From an uncultured Planctomycetaceae bacterium (GTDB taxonomy: Bacteria; Planctomycetota; Phycisphaerae; Sedimentisphaerales; UBA12454), in contig CAZUEO010000001.1 of the NCBI GenBank assembly GCA_964619675.1, positions 2,138-66,137 of the forward strand: a stretch of 64,000 nucleotides of DNA, read 5' to 3'. Below the pieces are notes generated by a model. The model made no database searches, had not been told where the DNA came from, and saw only the letters and a list, made by a program, of their open reading frames with translations. Below, piece by piece: positions 63,643-64,000 of the stretch. How positions within the stretch are numbered: position 1 is the stretch's first letter; the number at the start of each line of letters is the position of its first letter. The position numbers and the translations under genes were made by a program.

Positions 63643-64000
63643 ATGTCCGATGGGATGACGGCATATATCGGCCTTGGCAGCGATCTTGGCAATAGAGAAA
63701 AGAACATAACCAAAGCTCTTGAGGCGATTGCCGCCGACAAGCATATAAAACTCTTTCGCACCAGCAGCATTACAGAGACAAAACCACTGGCCGAGAAAAA
63801 ACATCGAAATTATCTCAACTGCGTTGCCCAGATTAAAACAAAGTTAAAAGCTGTCAGTCTCCTGAAAGTTTTAAAAAAGATTGAAGCAAAGCTTGGCAGA
63901 AAAGAATCAAAAGAAAAATGGTCAAGCAGGACGATTGACCTGGACATACTTTTATTCGGCAACAAGATTGTTCGAAAAAAAGAACTTGTTATACCGCACA
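63643..64000 (+). CDS. folK: 2-amino-4-hydroxy-6-hydroxymethyldihydropteridine diphosphokinase (HPPK), 5' part; runs off the window
   Basis: Hand translation gives MSDGMTAYIGLGSDLGNREKNITKALEAIAAD..IKLFRTSSITETKPL...YLNCVAQIKT.L....LL..LKKIEAKLGR......WSSRTIDLDILLFG......EL.IPH, which is the canonical HPPK pattern. It is absent from the ORF track because no stop codon lies in the window. Confidence 0.85.
   Translation, partial: MSDGMTAYIGLGSDLGNREKNITKALEAIAADKHIKLFRTSSITETKPLAEKKHRNYLNCVAQIKTKLKAVSLLKVLKKIEAKLGRKESKEKWSSRTIDLDILLFGNKIVRKKELVIPH

Overview
The window is one bacterial chromosomal segment. From content, I infer it belongs to the PVC superphylum (Planctomycetota/Phycisphaerae-like or Lentisphaerota/Kiritimatiellota-like). 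The pointers are chlamydial-PMP-type GGAI/FxxN beta-helix repeats, dockerin-like DLNxDxxVDFxDFAxFAxNW modules, extended ribosomal proteins, no L30, and the DapL lysine route.

Positions 1-19.0 kb hold an almost complete S10-spc-alpha ribosomal protein superoperon: L4 C-terminus, L23, L2, S19, L22, S3, L16, L29, S17, L14, L24, L5, S14, S8, L6, L18, S5, L15, SecY, Adk, Map, IF-1, L36, S13, S11, S4, RpoA, L17. It has one striking anomaly. Two non-ribosomal exported-protein genes (1157 aa and 392 aa) sit between rplW and rplB with essentially no intergenic space.

Positions 19-40 kb are housekeeping genes: HIT, tRNA-fMet, tRNA-Gln, an EF-G2-type paralog, M20 peptidase, DUF362, TsaD, NnrD, AzoR, HNH, Csp, HU/IHF, NfnAB-like, a LigD-PE-like miniprotein, Pta, tRNA-Arg, MiaA, IspA, Dxs, NadK, a TPR protein and DinG.

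Positions 40-62 kb are the accessory part. They contain a PAS/GAF histidine kinase, two paralogous response regulators with an unrecognised Cys-containing C-terminal domain, a 67-aa secreted protein that carries a signal peptide and one dockerin-like segment, and a 16.6-kb gene. That gene encodes a roughly 5,530-aa modular beta-helix protein with vWA, choice-of-anchor-L, NIDO-like, InlB-B-repeat-like, dockerin-like and FN3-like modules and an internal 2.85-kb tandem duplication.

The window ends with dapL and the start of folK. I saw no CRISPR array, transposase, integrase or phage gene. All protein-family calls rest on motif recognition by eye, since no searches could be run.
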